A DNA stretch of 53,882 nt from Actinomycetota bacterium (lineage in GTDB: Bacteria; Actinomycetota; AC-67): contig JAIVGO010000012.1 in the NCBI GenBank assembly GCA_020201525.1, positions 1-53,882 of the forward strand, given 5' to 3'. This document shows, one piece after another, positions 27,025-35,828 of the stretch; position 1 is the stretch's first letter; each line of letters opens with the position of its first letter. The position numbers and the translations under genes were made by a program. The notes beneath the pieces are model-generated. The model saw only the letters and a program-made list of their open reading frames with translations. It was not told the DNA's origin and searched no databases.

Positions 27025-27072
27025 CGCGACTCTGCTTGACCGCATTTTCGGGCGCGGAGTGCGCCCGGACGG

Positions 27073-28188
27073 TCACTGCACGTATCGCGGGCGGAGCAGC
27101 TGCGCCATACGCTCCCGGTGCCACACGCCGTCGCCGAACGCTGCCTCGGAGACCTTTGCGCGCTTGAAGTACAGATGCATGTCGTGTTCCCACGTGAAAC
27201 CGATGCCGCCGTGGATCTGTATTCCGCTCGCCGCCACGCGGCGGAACGCGTCGCTCGCGTACGCCTTGGCCATCGAGGCCGCGAGCGAGGCGTCGGCATG
27301 GTCGCGCTCGAGCGCCCACGCCGCGTAATAGACGGCGCTCCGCAGCGACTCCACGTCGAGGAGCATGTCGGCTGCGCGGTGCTTCACCGCCTGGAACGAA
27401 CCGATCGGCCGGTCGAACTGCACGCGATCTTTCGCATAGGCCACCGACAACTCGAGAACACGTTCGGCACCGCCGAGCATCTCCGCAGCGAGGCCGGCGG
27501 CGATCCTGTCGAGCACGCGTTGCACGGGAACCCACCCGAGATCACCCAGGAGCTCCGCTCGCGTGCTGTCGAATCGTACGTCGGCGACTCTTCGGGTTTG
27601 GTCGATGAGCACAACGGGTGTCGCGGTGACGTGTGCACCCGGCTCGGTGACGAACAATCCGACCTCGCCGCCCGCGCGCGCCGCGACGATGAATCGCTCG
27701 GCTGTGGTGCCGTCGGTGACAAACCGTTTTTCTCCGGTGATCGTGAATGCTCCGCCGCTCGGCGTTGCTTTCAGTGCAATGCCATTTGCGTCCCACCGCG
27801 CGGGCTTTTCGTCGAAAGCCAGCGTCGCAATGGTCTCACCGGCTGCGATCGCCGGCAAGAGCTCTTTGCGTTGGGATTCCGTTCCCGCTTCGAGCACCGC
27901 GTGGCCGGCCATGACGACGGAGGAAAAATAGGGCCCTGGCGCAACGACGCGACCCATTTCCGCGAGCAAGATCGTGAGCGCAATGAAGCCTTGTCCGACG
28001 CCGCCGTACGTTTCGGGGAACGGCAAAGCCATGAACCCGAGTCCGGCCATGTGGCGCCACACGTCATCGCGCCACCCCCGATCGTCATCCATCATCGCGC
28101 GCGCGTAGGCCGTCGGGGCCTCCGCTTCCAAGAAGCGGCGCGCTTCGTCGCGCAGAGCCCGTTGCTCGTCGTTCAGATCGAATTCCAC
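27073..28188 (-). CDS. Acyl-CoA dehydrogenase (FadE27/FadE28-like beta-type subunit)
   Basis: FDLNDEQ, PETYGG, RVQFDRPIGSFQAVKHRAADM, QIHGGIGFTWEHDMHLYFKRA; GTG start. Confidence 0.92.
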   Translation of the reverse strand: MEFDLNDEQRALRDEARRFLEAEAPTAYARAMMDDDRGWRDDVWRHMAGLGFMALPFPETYGGVGQGFIALTILLAEMGRVVAPGPYFSSVVMAGHAVLEAGTESQRKELLPAIAAGETIATLAFDEKPARWDANGIALKATPSGGAFTITGEKRFVTDGTTAERFIVAARAGGEVGLFVTEPGAHVTATPVVLIDQTRRVADVRFDSTRAELLGDLGWVPVQRVLDRIAAGLAAEMLGGAERVLELSVAYAKDRVQFDRPIGSFQAVKHRAADMLLDVESLRSAVYYAAWALERDHADASLAASMAKAYASDAFRRVAASGIQIHGGIGFTWEHDMHLYFKRAKVSEAAFGDGVWHRERMAQLLRPRYVQ

Positions 28189-28258
28189 GATCGCCCTTCC
28201 GTCTGCGCGCGTGCGCAACAGTACCTTGCCCGCGTCCGCGTGCCGATGATACCGTCAG

Positions 28259-28278
28259 ACCTGACGCGCGTGTCACAT
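28259..28278. promoter_or_regulatory. Operator ACCTGAC-N6-GTCACAT between divergent acyl-CoA dehydrogenases
   Basis: Same TGAC-N6-GTCA core as at 9830 and 32138. Confidence 0.55.
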
Positions 28279-28324
28279 CAGACGCCGACTGTAGGATCGC
28301 GCCGAAATCGACGGGGAGCGGGCC

Positions 28325-29503
28325 ATGGATTTCGAGCTGACCGAAGCCCAGCGCGAGTTGCGCGCGCTGGCAGCAGAGGTGGCCGAACGCGAGTTCCGCC
28401 CGCGCGCTGCGCGCTGGGACGAGAACGAGGAGTATCCCGAAGAAAATCTCGCCGTTCTCGCGAAACAGGGTTTCACCGGCCTCACCGTGCCCGAGGAATT
28501 CGGCGGCCTCGGCGTCGGCGACATCGAAGCCGCGCTGGTGCTCGAAGAGATTGCGCGCGTCTGCTTGTCGACGGCGGTGCTCTGCCAGCTTCACCTCAAC
28601 GGGCCGCCGCGCGCGATCGACGCTTTCGGCAGCGACGACTTGAAAGAGCGCTACTTACCGCGCGTCGCCGCCGGAGATTGCTTGATCGGCATCGGCATGA
28701 CGGAGCCCGATGCCGGATCCGACGCGATGAACATGCGGGCGAAGCTGCGTCGCACGCCGGAAGGGCTTCGGCTCGACGCATACAAGAACATGGTGACGGC
28801 CGGACACAAGGCGCAGGCGTATTTCGTGGTCGCGCGCTTCGACGGAGCCGGCGATCGCGCCATTGGTGCGATGCTCGTTCCGGCCGGGGCGCCGGGAAGC
28901 GAAGTCTCCAAAGTCCACAAGAAGATGGGGCTGCGCGGCGTCCCGGAAGCCGAAGTCGCCTTTGACAACACGCCGGTCGACGAAGCCGACATCATTCTGG
29001 AAGGCGACGGGGACGGGCAGGCGATGCGCACGATCCTCGGCCAGTTCAACCACGAACGCCTCGGCAATGCCGCAATGTGCACCGGCGTTGCTGACGGGGC
29101 GCTCGACGAATCGATTCGCTACGCGCAGGAGCGCACGGTCGGCGGCAAACGCATCATTGAGCTGCAAGGCATTGCATGGAAGCTCGCCGAGATGTCGACG
29201 AAAGTCGAGGCCGCGCGGCTCATGGTGTGGCGCGCGTGCGCGGCGGCCGACGCTGCCGGGCACGGCGTTTCGCCGCCGGCGATCGACGTGGCGCGCGCGA
29301 AATGGTTCGCGAACATCGTCGCTCAGGAAGTTTGTAACGAGGCCATTCAGATACACGGCGGATACGGATACACGCGCGAGTTTCCCGTCGAGCGAATGTT
29401 TCGCGACGTGCGCGGCCTCGCGATCGGCGCGGGCACTGTCGAGGTACAAAAGAATCTGATCGGACGATTGCTCGACAAGGAAGGACCGAGGCCAAGACCA
29501 TGA
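28325..29503 (+). CDS. Acyl-CoA dehydrogenase
   Basis: MTEPDAGSD, KMGLRG, NHERL, QIHGGYGY, RDVRGLAIGAGTVEVQ. Confidence 0.93.
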   Translation: MDFELTEAQRELRALAAEVAEREFRPRAARWDENEEYPEENLAVLAKQGFTGLTVPEEFGGLGVGDIEAALVLEEIARVCLSTAVLCQLHLNGPPRAIDAFGSDDLKERYLPRVAAGDCLIGIGMTEPDAGSDAMNMRAKLRRTPEGLRLDAYKNMVTAGHKAQAYFVVARFDGAGDRAIGAMLVPAGAPGSEVSKVHKKMGLRGVPEAEVAFDNTPVDEADIILEGDGDGQAMRTILGQFNHERLGNAAMCTGVADGALDESIRYAQERTVGGKRIIELQGIAWKLAEMSTKVEAARLMVWRACAAADAAGHGVSPPAIDVARAKWFANIVAQEVCNEAIQIHGGYGYTREFPVERMFRDVRGLAIGAGTVEVQKNLIGRLLDKEGPRPRP

Positions 29504-29988
29504 CTGTGCGAGGAGAAGGAACAGAGATCATCCGCGGGGTCACGCCGCAAGAGGTGTACGACTTCGTTCTCGACCCCGGCCAGTACATCAAAGCCGACAC
29601 GAAAATCATTTGGGTGACGAAGATCGCCGACACGCCGGACGGCATGCTCGGGAAGGAAGACGGCACGTTTCTCGGGAAGAAGTGGCTGCGCGGCTCCGTC
29701 GTCACCCGTTACGTGTGGAAACCGCCGAACTCGATCGACGTGACATTGGTGCACGGCTTCCCGCGATCGGTGCATGCGTGGTTCGAGATAGACGAGGTCC
29801 CGGAAGGAACGCGCGTTCGCCACGTTGAAGAGCTCGACATCGGTCATGGGATCTTCGGGCTGTTGCACGATCTCATTGCGAAAAGCTGGTTTGCCGAGTC
29901 CGTGCGTCAAGAGGTGCGCGAGATCAAGCGGCTGATGGAAGCGGGGGAGCGAGGTATCGGCGTCGAAGGCGGCGAACGGCCTCATTGA
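29500..29988 (+). CDS. SRPBCC/START-like ligand-binding protein
   Basis: TP.EVYDFV.D...Y N-terminus, GTRV.H.E, C-terminal amphipathic helix (E...IKRLME); ATGA overlap. Confidence 0.75.
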   Translation: MTVRGEGTEIIRGVTPQEVYDFVLDPGQYIKADTKIIWVTKIADTPDGMLGKEDGTFLGKKWLRGSVVTRYVWKPPNSIDVTLVHGFPRSVHAWFEIDEVPEGTRVRHVEELDIGHGIFGLLHDLIAKSWFAESVRQEVREIKRLMEAGERGIGVEGGERPH

Positions 29989-29998
29989 GGGAGGAACT

Positions 29999-30241
29999 TT
30001 GAGCGACGACGATCACATCATCGATACCGGCAAGGGAACGTTTTTGTTGAGCGAGCTCGGCCACGTCGAGGTCGCGAACGTCAAGAAGGTCATCGAAGAC
30101 CAAACGTGGGATCAGTTCGACGACGCGTTCGAAAAGATGGTGTCGCAGGCGAACGCATATCACGAGCTGTTCGACAAGCCTTTCCTTCGCTGGAAGGTTC
30201 CGGACATGCCGCCCCCTGACCTGGACCTGACGCCGCGGTAG
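29999..30241 (+). CDS. Hypothetical 80-aa acidic protein
   Basis: GGGAGG RBS before a TTG start; GC3-rich codons; co-directional with the operon. Confidence 0.6.
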   Translation: MSDDDHIIDTGKGTFLLSELGHVEVANVKKVIEDQTWDQFDDAFEKMVSQANAYHELFDKPFLRWKVPDMPPPDLDLTPR

Positions 30242-30307
30242 TTGCTCGTCGCGCGTCCGCTGAAAGGTCCGTGCGCGCTGGGCTACACGAGTCCGCAAGT
30301 GGCACCC

Positions 30308-30344
30308 AGTCACATATTGGCCGTTCGATGGCCAAAACGTGACT
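30308..30344. terminator. Imperfect 37-nt hairpin between convergent genes
   Basis: AGTCACATATTGGCCGT-TCG-ATGGCCAAAACGTGACT. Confidence 0.45.
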
Positions 30345-30395
30345 CCGCCTTTTGACAAGTTCACTAGCCAAAAGAGGACTGGTACGGGTACCTGA

Positions 30396-32123
30396 TTACA
30401 TCAGGCCGAGCTGGCCGACGTTGCGCAGCAGCTCCGACAGGACCTCAGGATCGGTCTGCACGTTGACGATCGACGCGAGGCCGCTGTCGAGGGCGCGGTC
30501 GAGCGCCGGCCGCAATTGGTCCAGCGTCTCGACGTGCTCGCCGTGGCCGCCGAACATCTCCGCAAGCTTGTCGTAGCGCGTGTCGCCGAGCTCACTCGCG
30601 ATCCGGCGGCCTTCACCGTGCCACATGTCTTGCTCGTGGCTCACGTCGCGCCAGCCGTAGTTGTTCGACACGACGCAGATGACCGGCAGCTTGTGACGGA
30701 CTGCCGTGTCGAATTCCATCGCCGTCAGCCCGAACGACCCGTCGCCGATGACGGCGATCACGGGCTCCTCGGGACGCGCCGCCTTCGCCGCGAGAGCAAA
30801 CGGAAGCCCGACGCCCAGCGTTCCGAGTGCCGTCGTCGTCGACAGCAGCCGTCCGGGGGCTTCGGCGTATGCGTAGGCGAGCGCCCACGTCAGCGCGTCG
30901 CCACCGTCGGCGACCCACGTAACGCCGTCGCCGATCCGCTCGCGCGCCCAGCCGCGCATGTCGCGCGCCATCGCCCCGGCGTGAATGCGCGTCACTTTCT
31001 TGCCTTCGATCTGCGCGTCCCACAGTTGAACCGACGCGGCGCACAGCGTGCGCGCTTGCGCGAGCCACTCGTCGCGGCCGGCCACAGACTTGCGCCATCC
31101 GTCGGCCAAGTCTTCGGCAACCCGGCGCACGTCGCCGATGAGCGCGATCTGCGGGAGCCGGTTCCCGCCGATTCCCTCGGGACGGATGTCGACTTGAATG
31201 ATCGTCGTCTCGGGCCCGAACAACGGTTGGGAACCGAAATTCATATTCGCGTTGAACATCGAGCCGAGAACCAAAACGACGTCGGCCTGGATGAGCGCGA
31301 AGCCGGCGTGCACCATCGACCCGAGGCACCACGGATGTGAATCGGGGACGAGGCCGCGCGCGGTTGACGTCGTTACGACGGGGATCTTCGCCGTTTCGGC
31401 GAGCCGTGCAATCGCTTGTCCGGCGCCGGACCAAAACGCGCCGCCGCCGGCGACGATGGCGGGCCGCTCGGCGCCCTCCAACGCTTCCAGCGCTTTGTCG
31501 AGATCGTCTTGGGCGGCAGTCGGCGTCGGAAGCTCCGACGGAAAGCCCGAAGGCGTCGGCTCGAGCTTCGGCGTGGCGCGCGCCATGAAGAGATCCTGCG
31601 GCACTTCGAGATACACGGGTCCCGGGCGACCGGCACGCGCGCGATACAGCGATTCTTCGACGAAGCGCGGAATGAGCTGCGTTTGCGGGCACGTCGCCGC
31701 CCACTTCGCCACCGGCGCGACGATCGCGCGCTGATCGACGTCCATCACGGCACCGCGACCGGCTTGGTGAAAGCCGGTGCGCCCGGCGAAGAGCACCATC
31801 GGAAGCGTCCAGATAGACGCGTCGATGAAACCGGTTAGCGCGTTTCCGAAACCCGGCCCGGCTGTGACGGCCGCGAAGCCGGTGCGGCCGGTTGCGAGCG
31901 CCCAGCCTTCCGCGGCGAGCGTCGCGCCGCCTTCGTGCCGCGTGTCGATGACGCGAATTCCGGTGTCGATGCATGCGTCGAAGAGATTGAGGATGTGGCC
32001 GCCGCAGAGCCCGAAGATCGTATCGATGCCGTTCTTCTTCAGCGCTTGCGCCATGAGCATCCCGCCGTCGGGACCCCCGGTCACGGCATCTTGTTGCGCG
32101 GACTGCGGAATGAACTCGGCCAT
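30396..32123 (-). CDS. TPP-dependent enzyme (acetolactate synthase / 2-hydroxyacyl-CoA lyase-like)
   Basis: FGLCGGH, TRHE, TAGPG, GPVYLEVP, GTLGVG, GDGSFG...SNN TPP motif. Confidence 0.9.
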   Translation of the reverse strand: MAEFIPQSAQQDAVTGGPDGGMLMAQALKKNGIDTIFGLCGGHILNLFDACIDTGIRVIDTRHEGGATLAAEGWALATGRTGFAAVTAGPGFGNALTGFIDASIWTLPMVLFAGRTGFHQAGRGAVMDVDQRAIVAPVAKWAATCPQTQLIPRFVEESLYRARAGRPGPVYLEVPQDLFMARATPKLEPTPSGFPSELPTPTAAQDDLDKALEALEGAERPAIVAGGGAFWSGAGQAIARLAETAKIPVVTTSTARGLVPDSHPWCLGSMVHAGFALIQADVVLVLGSMFNANMNFGSQPLFGPETTIIQVDIRPEGIGGNRLPQIALIGDVRRVAEDLADGWRKSVAGRDEWLAQARTLCAASVQLWDAQIEGKKVTRIHAGAMARDMRGWARERIGDGVTWVADGGDALTWALAYAYAEAPGRLLSTTTALGTLGVGLPFALAAKAARPEEPVIAVIGDGSFGLTAMEFDTAVRHKLPVICVVSNNYGWRDVSHEQDMWHGEGRRIASELGDTRYDKLAEMFGGHGEHVETLDQLRPALDRALDSGLASIVNVQTDPEVLSELLRNVGQLGLM

Positions 32124-32137
32124 GGCCCCTCCTCGTA

Positions 32138-32155
32138 ACTGACGCGCCCGTCAGT
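32138..32155. promoter_or_regulatory. Operator ACTGAC-N6-GTCAGT overlapping a TAGACT -10
   Basis: 6-bp perfect inverted repeat 15 nt upstream of the TPP-enzyme start; minus-strand TAGACT at 32153-32158. Confidence 0.6.
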
Positions 32156-32182
32156 CTAGCCCCGCGCAGGCCCGGAAATGAA

Positions 32183-32217
32183 CTCGGCCACCGGCGCACA
32201 ACGTGCCGGTGGCCGAG
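32183..32217 (-). terminator. Rho-independent terminator
   Basis: CTCGGCCACCGGC...GCCGGTGGCCGAG stem followed by TTCATTTC on the minus strand. Confidence 0.7.
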
Positions 32218-32230
32218 AAAGCGAAGCGCT

Positions 32231-33226
32231 TTAGCAGCCCGTCTCGATCACGATTTGTCCCGCGTCGTTGGTGAATTCGGACGCGGGGAACTGAACGTCC
32301 CCGCCCCCGATCACGATGCCGCACGTCCCGATGTACAGGGCCGGAAGCGGATAGGGATCGTCCGATGCGTTGCCGCCGCTGAAGAACGACAGCGCTTCCG
32401 GCGAGCCCTGGGCGTCGGGATCCTCGTAGATTTGGACGCCCGGCTCTACGTACGTCGTTCCTTCGTGCGCATTCCATGCGGACAGCGCCTTGTCGCCGCA
32501 ATCCGGCGGCTGGTCGCTCGGGCCGGCGCACGTCTTCGGGTCCCACTTTTTGCCGTCGTAGTTCGAGACGTCGCGCTCGCTGTCTTGACCGCCCTGGAAC
32601 GCAGTGCGGCGCTGCGACTGAACGCTTATGCAGATGCCGTCGGCGCAGAATCCCGTGCCGGCGTCGCCGACGGGCAGCGGGTGCGTGAGCAAATAGCTTT
32701 GGTCCTGCAGCGCGAGCGCTGCGACCCAGTCGTTCACCGAATTCGGATCCAGGTTGAACTGAATCGCGCCGCCGTCGCTCGGCCCGTTGTTGACTTGCCG
32801 CGAGGAGTCGTGCTCGCCCTCGTCCAAGTTGTCGTCGGCGCCGAAGTAGATGTGGATGCCGGTTTCCGGATGCGCTTCCGTGCCGGCGGTCGTGACCGGA
32901 TCCTGCGGGCCATTCTCGTCGAAGCGCTGGCTCGTGCGCGTCCCGTCGCCGAGGTCGTACCAGTACTCGCCGGCGTGAACGAACTCTCCTTCGGGCGTTT
33001 GGAACGTTCCCATTCCGAAGTACTCGTGGCCGGTGCCGTCGTACACGACCAGCGCAATGTTGTGACAGCCCTCCTCGGTCGTCTCGCCGTGGTTGTAGTT
33101 GTCGGCGGCACCTGTGCAACCCTGTTTCGCGGGGTCGTAGTTACCGTCGCTGATGGCGTGAGCGGCCTGGCCGGCGAAGAGCCCGGTCACCGCGACGAGC
33201 GCCAGCACAATCGAACGAGCTTTCAT
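32231..33226 (-). CDS. Secreted acidic, Cys-containing protein of unknown function
   Basis: GGGAGG RBS, signal ending AHA; Asp/Glu/Gly-rich, 8 Cys. Confidence 0.78.
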   Translation of the reverse strand: MKARSIVLALVAVTGLFAGQAAHAISDGNYDPAKQGCTGAADNYNHGETTEEGCHNIALVVYDGTGHEYFGMGTFQTPEGEFVHAGEYWYDLGDGTRTSQRFDENGPQDPVTTAGTEAHPETGIHIYFGADDNLDEGEHDSSRQVNNGPSDGGAIQFNLDPNSVNDWVAALALQDQSYLLTHPLPVGDAGTGFCADGICISVQSQRRTAFQGGQDSERDVSNYDGKKWDPKTCAGPSDQPPDCGDKALSAWNAHEGTTYVEPGVQIYEDPDAQGSPEALSFFSGGNASDDPYPLPALYIGTCGIVIGGGDVQFPASEFTNDAGQIVIETGC

Positions 33227-33264
33227 AATGGAGCCTCCCTCCCTGGGTGACGTGCGAGTCAGGT

Positions 33265-33291
33265 TTCGACGCTCTTGGGGCGGTCTCCTCC
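33265..33291 (-). promoter_or_regulatory. Sigma-H-like promoter of the acidic secreted protein
   Basis: GGAGGAGA-N13-GTCGAA on the minus strand. Confidence 0.55.
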
Positions 33292-33338
33292 CATCATTGG
33301 GGTCGTTCCCCGGGTTTTGCCCGTCGTACACTGCCTTC

Positions 33339-34109
33339 ATGCAGGAGGAGCCGCTGCGTCTCGTCGTCCTCGGGGACAGCTTGGCGTACTTCGACGACAA
33401 CGGGCCCCAGCTTCCCTCTCATCCGGACTTGTATCCGAACATAGTTGCGCGGTACGTAGAGCGGGAGATCGGTCGGCCGGTTTCGGTGAACACGATCGCA
33501 GAACCGGGATCCACCGTCCGGAGCACGTGGCGATCGGTTACGAAGGATCCGCACGTTCAGTTCGAGGTCTTGATGGGCGCCGACGCAGTCATAGTCGGCG
33601 TCGGCAGCTTCGATCACGCGCCGGTGGGCGTGCCGCCGTCGATCGAAGCGCTTGTCCCGTTCGTCCGTCCGGCGTCGCTGCGTCGGCGCGTGCGCAAAAC
33701 GCTGCGCACAATCCATCCTTTCGTCATCAAGTGGACGCGCGGTCGATGGACCCGCACGCCCGAGGCCGAGTTCGCGCGGATGTTCGACGCCGTTCTCTTC
33801 CACGTTCGCTCGTTGACGCAAGGTGCCGCCGGTGTTGCGCTCGGCCCCGCAAGTCATCGCTCCGAGTACTACGCGCATATCCATCCGCATCGCGAGGCGC
33901 GCGAAAGGCTCCAAGTAGCGATCGCCGGCAAGCATCGGTTTCCGATCGTCGCGTCGTGGCCGCTCGTCGAGCCGTTCGTGGATCAACTGAACCGCGACGG
34001 CATGCACTGGGGCGCCAAAGCGCATCGCGTCGTCGGCGAGGCGCTTGCACACGAGCTCGTAAAGCAGCTTCGCGGTGAAGCGCCGAAACCGGCGGCGCCG
34101 GTACTCTGA
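33339..34109 (+). CDS. octT: SGNH hydrolase, diglucosylglycerate octanoyltransferase (OctT)-like
   Basis: GDSLAY, P.LYPNIVA, TKDP, GSFD.AP..VP, VRP..LRR.VR, NRDGMHW...AH resemble mycobacterial OctT. Confidence 0.72.
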   Translation: MQEEPLRLVVLGDSLAYFDDNGPQLPSHPDLYPNIVARYVEREIGRPVSVNTIAEPGSTVRSTWRSVTKDPHVQFEVLMGADAVIVGVGSFDHAPVGVPPSIEALVPFVRPASLRRRVRKTLRTIHPFVIKWTRGRWTRTPEAEFARMFDAVLFHVRSLTQGAAGVALGPASHRSEYYAHIHPHREARERLQVAIAGKHRFPIVASWPLVEPFVDQLNRDGMHWGAKAHRVVGEALAHELVKQLRGEAPKPAAPVL

Positions 34110-34115
34110 GCAGTC

Positions 34116-35069
34116 GTGAAATTCATTCCGTATCACGAGCTGGCCGGGCGCCCGAACATCGTCGTCGACGGCGAAGGCACGGACGGTACGATGCTGACGC
34201 TTTCGCATTGGCCGGGAAGCGGCTCTCCGAGCGAGCTCGCCGCAGACCTGTCGACTCAGATCGCGTTTCGCTATCTCGATACGCCGACGGCCCACGTCGC
34301 CGCCGAGGCGGCGTCCAACAATCACTACGACCAAGACGGCGTCTGTGGCGTGTTCGCGGTGCTCGAGCCCGAGCAAGCCTTGCAGCGGCGCGACATGCTC
34401 ATCGACATCGCCTCGGCAGGTGACTTTGAAACGTTCCGGAGTCGCGACGCGGCGCGCATCTCGATGGCACTCGCCGCGTTCGGCGACGAAGAGCGTTCAC
34501 CGATTGCATCCGCGCTCGCCGGCCGCTCCTATCCCGATCAAGTCGGCAGCGCAATGGATCACGTTCTGCCGAGGCTCGCCGAGATGATCGACAATCCCGC
34601 TCCGTACAAAGCGTTGTGGGAAGAAGAGGACGCGCGTCTCGCCGCCGACGACGCCGCGATCGCAAGCGGCCGCGTCACGATTGAGGAGGCACCCGACATC
34701 GACCTTGCGATCCTCACGGCGCCCGAGGGCTACGGCCCCGGGTACCACGACGATCAGTGGAGCGGCGGATGCCATCCGATGGCGATCCACAACCGGACGC
34801 AGCGATTCCGGGTTCTGGTCGTCCAGGGATCGCGATTCATCGTGCGCTACCGGTACGAGACGTGGGTGAACTTCATGTCGCGTCCGGTCTTGCCGCGCGT
34901 AGACTTGAAGCCGTTGGCGGCGATGCTGAGTAACGAGGACTCTGTCCCGTGGAAGTTCGACGGCGTGGGCCACATGACGCCGGCGCTGCACACGCAAGGG
35001 GGCGCGGAAAGCTCGCTCGGCGCCGCCCGTTTTCGCGAGCTCGTGGGAACCTTTTTGCGCGCGAGCTAA
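34116..35069 (+). CDS. DUF6687-like (DHH-related) protein
   Basis: NIVVDG, LSHWP, ADLST, NNHYDQDG, AGDF, HPMAIHN, YRYETWV. Confidence 0.72.
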   Translation: MKFIPYHELAGRPNIVVDGEGTDGTMLTLSHWPGSGSPSELAADLSTQIAFRYLDTPTAHVAAEAASNNHYDQDGVCGVFAVLEPEQALQRRDMLIDIASAGDFETFRSRDAARISMALAAFGDEERSPIASALAGRSYPDQVGSAMDHVLPRLAEMIDNPAPYKALWEEEDARLAADDAAIASGRVTIEEAPDIDLAILTAPEGYGPGYHDDQWSGGCHPMAIHNRTQRFRVLVVQGSRFIVRYRYETWVNFMSRPVLPRVDLKPLAAMLSNEDSVPWKFDGVGHMTPALHTQGGAESSLGAARFRELVGTFLRAS

Positions 35070-35087
35070 GCCCACGGCCATCAAGAA

Positions 35088-35116
35088 GAAAGGCTCCCTT
35101 TTTCAGGGAGCCTTTC
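35088..35116 (-). terminator. Rho-independent terminator (probably bidirectional)
   Basis: GAAAGGCTCCCT-N5-AGGGAGCCTTTC with TTCTT following on the minus strand. Confidence 0.78.
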
Positions 35117-35131
35117 GCGCGAGCTGATATC

Positions 35132-35764
35132 TCACGACGTGGAATAAGCGATGCTTGTGAAGTTCCCCCAGAGATTCCACCACTGCGTATTGCCGGTGGT
35201 CGTCGCGACGTTCCCCCGCCACGTTGCGGCTTCGGTGCCGTAGAAGGCGCCATAGAACGCAAACGACAGCGGACCCGTGAGATTGAAATGGAATTTGACG
35301 AACTTGCTTCCGGTGGACAACCCCGTGTCTGTGCATCCGGTGTCGCCGCCGACGAATCCACCGATCATCGCGATGCCGGGGTCGAGCGCTTGAGCCGGCA
35401 CGCCCGATCCACCGTTGGCATTGGATCCTTGGAAGTCGGAGATGCATGGAAACGTCGCCGGCGCGCTACCGCCGTACCAATACGCCGGCTTCGACGTCTT
35501 GAGCGAGGTATGCGAAATCATCGTCCCCGGCGCGGCGGAGAAGACACGAAAGCCGAACCACACGGCGCCGGAAGCGCCCGGATCTCCGGCAGGGTTCGAC
35601 GTGTCGATGCAAATCTCGTAACCGGTTCCACATCCGGCAATCTTGATGGCGCCGACACCGTCCTTCGTGAAGTCGGCGGCGGCTCCGGCGGGCGCGGCCG
35701 TCGCGATGATTGCGGTCAGCGCCGCTGCCAGGGCGGCCCCGTACAGTGCTCGAGCTCGTCTCAT
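35132..35764 (-). CDS. Secreted Gly/Thr/aromatic-rich protein of unknown function
   Basis: GGAGG RBS, signal MRRAR...AGA; 4 Cys; own promoter and terminator. Confidence 0.75.
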   Translation of the reverse strand: MRRARALYGAALAAALTAIIATAAPAGAAADFTKDGVGAIKIAGCGTGYEICIDTSNPAGDPGASGAVWFGFRVFSAAPGTMISHTSLKTSKPAYWYGGSAPATFPCISDFQGSNANGGSGVPAQALDPGIAMIGGFVGGDTGCTDTGLSTGSKFVKFHFNLTGPLSFAFYGAFYGTEAATWRGNVATTTGNTQWWNLWGNFTSIAYSTS

Positions 35765-35828
35765 CTTTCCTCCAAAGTAGTCAAAACCGGGGATCTCGAA
35801 TCTTTCGGTTTCGGATCCCCGACATCAC

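Noticed and set aside
9850-27070. Signalling block as a mobile genomic island
   Set aside because: No integrase, transposase, tRNA or flanking direct repeats seen, and its promoter motif is shared with genes outside the block
26937-27299. N-terminal extension of the 1332-aa ORF
   Set aside because: It overlaps the dehydrogenase and the promoter region; the signal peptide begins at the ATG at 26936
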